A stretch of DNA of 63,826 nt, filler included, from Octopus bimaculoides (Eukaryota): the NCBI RefSeq assembly GCF_001194135.2. It is 9 parts of 9 records of this genome, joined end to end, with 100 filler letters (N's around TTAATTAATTAA, not from the genome) between each part and the next. Parts side by side here need not be neighbours in the genome. Positions count along the whole stretch, not along the records: positions 58,152 to 61,955 come from NW_026404024.1; positions 62,056 to 63,826 come from NC_068982.1; 7 more parts are not named here. The stretch is one strand, 5' to 3'. The translations under genes were made by a program, and so were the position numbers. Below are positions 59,320 to 63,826 of the stretch, one piece after another (the first letter of the stretch is position 1; each line of letters starts with the position of its first letter). The notes under the pieces were generated by a model. That model was not told the DNA's origin. It was given only the letters and a program-made list of their open reading frames with translations, and made no database searches.

Positions 59320-60459
59320 CTGCAAGGAATATAATTAGAGAATATAAGAAGACAATTTTTGCAACATGTTTCATTTACTAGATGTTACAATGGACTGATA
59401 TTGTAAACCTTCTTTTCCTAGAGTTAACAATTTATACCTTGTTATTGACATTATTCTGTCTCTATGGCTAAGACAGACAACACTTGCTTATCCAGTCAAC
59501 CAGATGTTAATAGATAGCATGAATGTTTTACTTATAGTTAAATAATTGGCTTCTAACAAAGCCACAAATATAATGAGAGGAAACAATCAAATTAAACCAA
59601 TTCCTTTATTTTATCGATCTAAGAAGGATGAATTATTTGACCTCAGATTAATTAAATACCACAAGGCTTTTATTTGACACCCTGCCAGTTTTGTAACTTC
59701 ACTACCTTTCTCTATATAACTGATGAGTGTTTCATTTACTTAAAAGTATGAAAGTCAAACCCTTCCATGAGCACAGCTTGGAAACAAATGATTAATAGAA
59801 GTGTACACTTAATTCTGCTTTTAATACTTTAATAAAATAAGGGAATATTGATTAACTGAATTCTTAAATATAATATATTAACTTGATCTCTATTTGAATC
59901 AGCTGTAATGTATAATTATATATCACAGCTAATTCAAATAGAAATCAAGTCAATATACAAATTAAGTTCTGAAGTTAAGCCTTAGGTTGTTCTTCAGGAA
60001 TGTTACAGAAAGTTTTATATATCAGTAAATAGAATGTCTTTCAAACATAGAATTTATTTATATAATAAATTTGAATGAAAAATTTTCATGGATTTCTCTG
60101 GTCCAGATGTCAATGCCATACTTATAGAGGAGCCAAAGGGGCAATTGCCCCAAGCCCCTTGATACAGACCTCTTTCCAGCTCTCTTAGTGGGTAATTGCA
60201 ATAAGATTGGATGGAGTTGGCATAGTGTTAGCAAAGAAAGAAGTAAAGTATCAGAGATGGTGAGATAATGTTTTTGTTTTGTTTTGTTCCTTCTTGAGCT
60301 ATGCCTGGTTCATAAGGGTTTCCCGGTTTCATTGGTGTATAGGTTCCCCACCTGGATGGGATGCTGGTCTGTCGCAAGTCAGATGATGTGATAAAATAAT
60401 TAAGCTTAGATTAGACACAGTGAAAAATAACAGTAACAGATTTCTCCACACACACACAC

Positions 60460-61870
60460 CACAAACAGAGCTGGGAGATGAACAGAAGGACAACTTTTAT
60501 GAAGTCTTGTGGCAGACTCTCTCAATAATGAATGATGGCGACCTTTTGGCTGACAATTTCAGTGGATATATTTAGAAATCCCATAATGGCTCCTCTAACA
60601 TACATGGGGGTTACAAGAGCAGTGCAAAGAATGAGGAGAGACCAAAGTTCCCTTTGCAACACAAACTTAATGAAATTGGCCAGTTATTTGATCACTTATC
60701 ACTCAGGTAAAGACAACCTAGATAGTTCTTATCCTCACTAGGAAAGGAAATAGGCAGATGTTTGTAATTGCAAAGTATTTCTCTGGTAAAAAAATGTATG
60801 ACTCAACACAGTGATGAATGACTCCAAAGTAAGAGTTAGACAAATTCAGAGATGAAAGGCAATCTGAAAAAGAAAGGCATGGACGCTGAGAGAGCTCTCA
60901 GCTAGTGATGGATTCAGAGATATTCTAGCAGATGCTTATGACTCATAAGTAGAAGGAAATGGTGACCTAATACAGAGAGGAAACCTGAAAATTTCTACGA
61001 CACAACTTGCTGAGGGCTATAGACCAGATCTGTTGCTGCTGCACGGTTCCAACTTGATGGAAAGTGATGTGCTGGTAGGATTCTACATTAGATAGAGCCA
61101 TAGAGAAATTTGGGAAAAACTAAAAGGAATACCAAAGAAGATAATCAAGCAGCTAGAAGAGAAGTCAGGCATTAAGTACACTTAGTGAGGGAAGGTGTAG
61201 AAAGTAAGAACATAATCTACAAGATTACAAGTGAGTATGGTAGAAGAAAGCATGATGATGTTGGCAAGAAAGAGGCATGGAAGTGATATTATAAGTGGTT
61301 AGTGGTCATAGAAATAACAAAATAAATTCTTTACAATGCTTGGAAGTCTCTACAGATAGCTTCTATTACCTAGGAAACCTGATCAGCAGTGGAGAAGGAT
61401 GCTCTGAAAGTATAGTACCTAAAATGGGAACAAAGGGGAAAATTTTCAAGAAGTTGTTATCTCTGCTAGCAACAAGAAGATTCTCTCTTCTAGCAAAGAG
61501 TAGACTGCATACTGCTTGTGTATGAAGTAAAATATTGCATGGTAGACTGATGTGGGCACTTAACACAGAAGATGTACAAAGATTGATAGAAAATGAAGCA
61601 AGCATGCTCCACTGTATGTGTAATGTTAGTATGCATGAACAACATGGTACAGTAGAGTTGAGAGATAAACTAGGTATAAAAAGAATATCTTGTAATGTGA
61701 AAGAATGACAACTGTATTGGTACAGACATGCATATGGAGGAGAACAGATAGGTGTAGAATTGCCAGAATGTCTTGAGTGGAATAAAACTATGAAAGAGGA
61801 ATACCATGCAAGATATTGGAGAAAAAATGATAAAAACTCATAGACAAGGGAAAGCAAGAAATGGTGAGAT
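60460..61870 (+). mobile_element. RTE-clade LINE, decayed (AP-endonuclease and post-RT fragments)
   Basis: KDNFYEVL..LITYHSG, then DSFYYLGNLISSGEGCSESI..KSRLHTACV..ENEASMLHCMCNV. Confidence 0.65.
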
Positions 61871-61912
61871 CCAAAAAATGGTACCAAAAGTATCTGTCCA
61901 AGCACACATGTA

Positions 61913-61955
<43 letters not shown>

Positions 61956-62179
61956 NNNNNNNNNNNNNNNNNNNNNNNNNNNNNNNNNNNNNNNNNNNNT
62001 TAATTAATTAANNNNNNNNNNNNNNNNNNNNNNNNNNNNNNNNNNNNNNNNNNNNACTGTAGCGCTGCTTCTAAGTTATGTGTTATACGTGCAGCTTCTC
62101 TTTTTTCCCCCTTCTTTTTTTTTTATAAACAATACATGAGCATGTTATTAAGAATGAACCTACACACGTCCAGATGTAG

Positions 62180-63210
62180 CTAAATAATATATTGATTACC
62201 AATCTGCAGCCTATTGTTAATTTGGGGTCCTAGTCTGTGTATGAGTAAAGCTTCCTTAATTCTTAAATTACCCAAATTTCTTTCATTGTCCTCAATTGTG
62301 ACTGTTATGCTTTTGTCAGTGTTCCGGCATCTGTCTAGATGTTTTCTGAAGGAGGAGGCTCTCGTGATGTTCTTTGATGCGGACGTGTAATGGTCTCGCT
62401 GTGCTACCCACATAGAACTTGTTGCATTTGTTACATTGTATTCTATACACAACATTTACCCGTTGGCATAAATCTGTGTCACGGATGGGACAATTTGTTA
62501 ATGTGCATTGATTATTGTCCCTTATTCGTTTCTTTACGAGGTGTTCTGTCAGAGAGGGGCCGGAGTGGGCTAGTTGTATGTCTAGCCCTTCTCTTCTTAT
62601 GGCTGTTCGGATGGCTGTAGTTATCCTCTCGCTAAAATGGGGTATTTTAAGGAAGCATGTGTTGCTGGATTTTCTATGTGTTCGGCGTGTTGGTCGTCTT
62701 GGGTACTTAAGCTGATTTATAATGGATCTAGGATACCCGTTAATTTTCAATATATCTAGGAAGCGTGTAGTGTGGGTTACCTTGTCCTCCATTCTGCTGC
62801 ACTTGCCTTGGATACGTGCAAATTCATTTCTGGCGTATCCTATTTTGGCACCGAGTGGAAGTGCTGAATTGTATTGGACAAACATATCTCTACTGGCTGC
62901 TTTTCTGCAGAACTCGGTCTGGATCTCCCCTTCTGTTATATTCAGTTTGAAGTCAAGTAATGATAGTGATCCAGTGGTGTCGGGATGTTCTATAGTGAAC
63001 TTTATGTTCATGTCCATGTTATTGAACGTCGTGAATATTTTCTCAACCTCTTCACGGAAGGTTGTGAGTATAAGGATGTCATCTACGTACCTGGTGAAGA
63101 AGGTGCATGAACGGCAGATGTTGATTGCTCGACGTTCTAGATGGTTCATATAAGTGATGGCTTGTAGGCACGAGAGACTGGATCCCATGGGGAGACCTGT
63201 TAGTATATAT
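62180..63210 (-). mobile_element. Penelope-like element, RT 3' half plus GIY-YIG endonuclease, 5'-truncated
   Basis: GLPMGSSLS, TRYVDDIL, SLLDFKL, NVVYRIQCNKCNKFYVGSTARPLHVRIKEH and LRIKEALLI. Confidence 0.9.
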
Positions 63211-63792
63211 GGTCCTGGAAAGCGAAGTAGGTGTTATCCACGATGATGGACAAAATTTGGTGTGTATCAGCTGCGGTAAGTCCGAATTAAATTTGTGATA
63301 GTAGATAATAACAGACGCTTCGGAAGTGCCTTTTTATCGATATATATTAACAGAGGAATTTATAAAAGTTTTCCAGAGAGTCAAACCTATAATATGGCTA
63401 TTATGGAGGGTGTGACTAACTAACTAACGGACATCACAGAAATTTAGATGTAGATATATAGGTAGGTCGATTTGTTAAATATATTAATAATTGTTAGAAC
63501 TTACATAGATGTAGATAAATAGATAGATGGATAACTTTCTTTTATTAGCCACACAGGGCTGCACACAGAGGGGACAAATACAACTGTAGAGCCTTTCTTT
63601 AAAAGAAAAATCAAAAAGAATCCGATCAAAAAGGATCGGTAGAAACAAAACAAGACAAAAACAAAGGTATCGTATATCAGAGAAAATGTCAATAGTGTAA
63701 AATGGGGTAACATTAGGTTTATCCATGGAGAGAAAAGCCTACGGAAAAGACCACGATAACCTCACCAGGGAATAGACACATGAGAGTAAGGT

Positions 63793-63826
<34 letters not shown>

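Noticed and set aside
59320-59374. Signal-peptide-like start MKHVAKIVFLYSLIIFLA on the cadherin ORF, suggesting a small secreted cadherin
   Set aside because: The hydrophobic stretch is the translated polypyrimidine tract before a canonical acceptor. The cadherin repeat begins mid-domain and a donor follows, so it is an internal exon.

Overview
Eukaryotic, AT-rich, microsatellite- and transposon-dense draft-assembly DNA with many N gaps. It is most likely a cephalopod (Octopus-like), inferred from the recurrent tRNA-derived SINE families and the repeat landscape; this is not proven. Almost all ORFs in the supplied track are artefacts of microsatellites, N runs or decayed transposons. Two host-type coding segments are supported, both on the minus strand. 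The first is a 437-bp internal cadherin exon (58883-59319) with canonical splice sites, from a multi-exon cadherin. The second is an unrecognised ORF of at least 548 codons (47894-49540, open into a gap). It carries a hierarchical 27/28/27-aa repeat array (ABC-ABC-BC) and has a downstream AATAAA. The rest is mobile DNA: a long Ty3/Gypsy relic (gag-PR-RT-RH-IN), a second Gypsy pol fragment, many R4/Dong-type RLE LINE fragments joined to trinucleotide microsatellites, RTE, L1/Tx1 and Penelope-like fragments, Tc1/mariner remnants, MITEs with intact TIR/TSD (hAT, piggyBac-like, mariner-like), a SAP/SWIM-bearing DNA-transposon derivative and several SINE families. Non-coding oddities include a 150-bp loopless palindrome with a G12-mutated minimal hammerhead-ribozyme motif in each arm, a 211-bp foldback element and close inverted SINE pairs. 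No rRNA, bona fide tRNA or CRISPR is supported.
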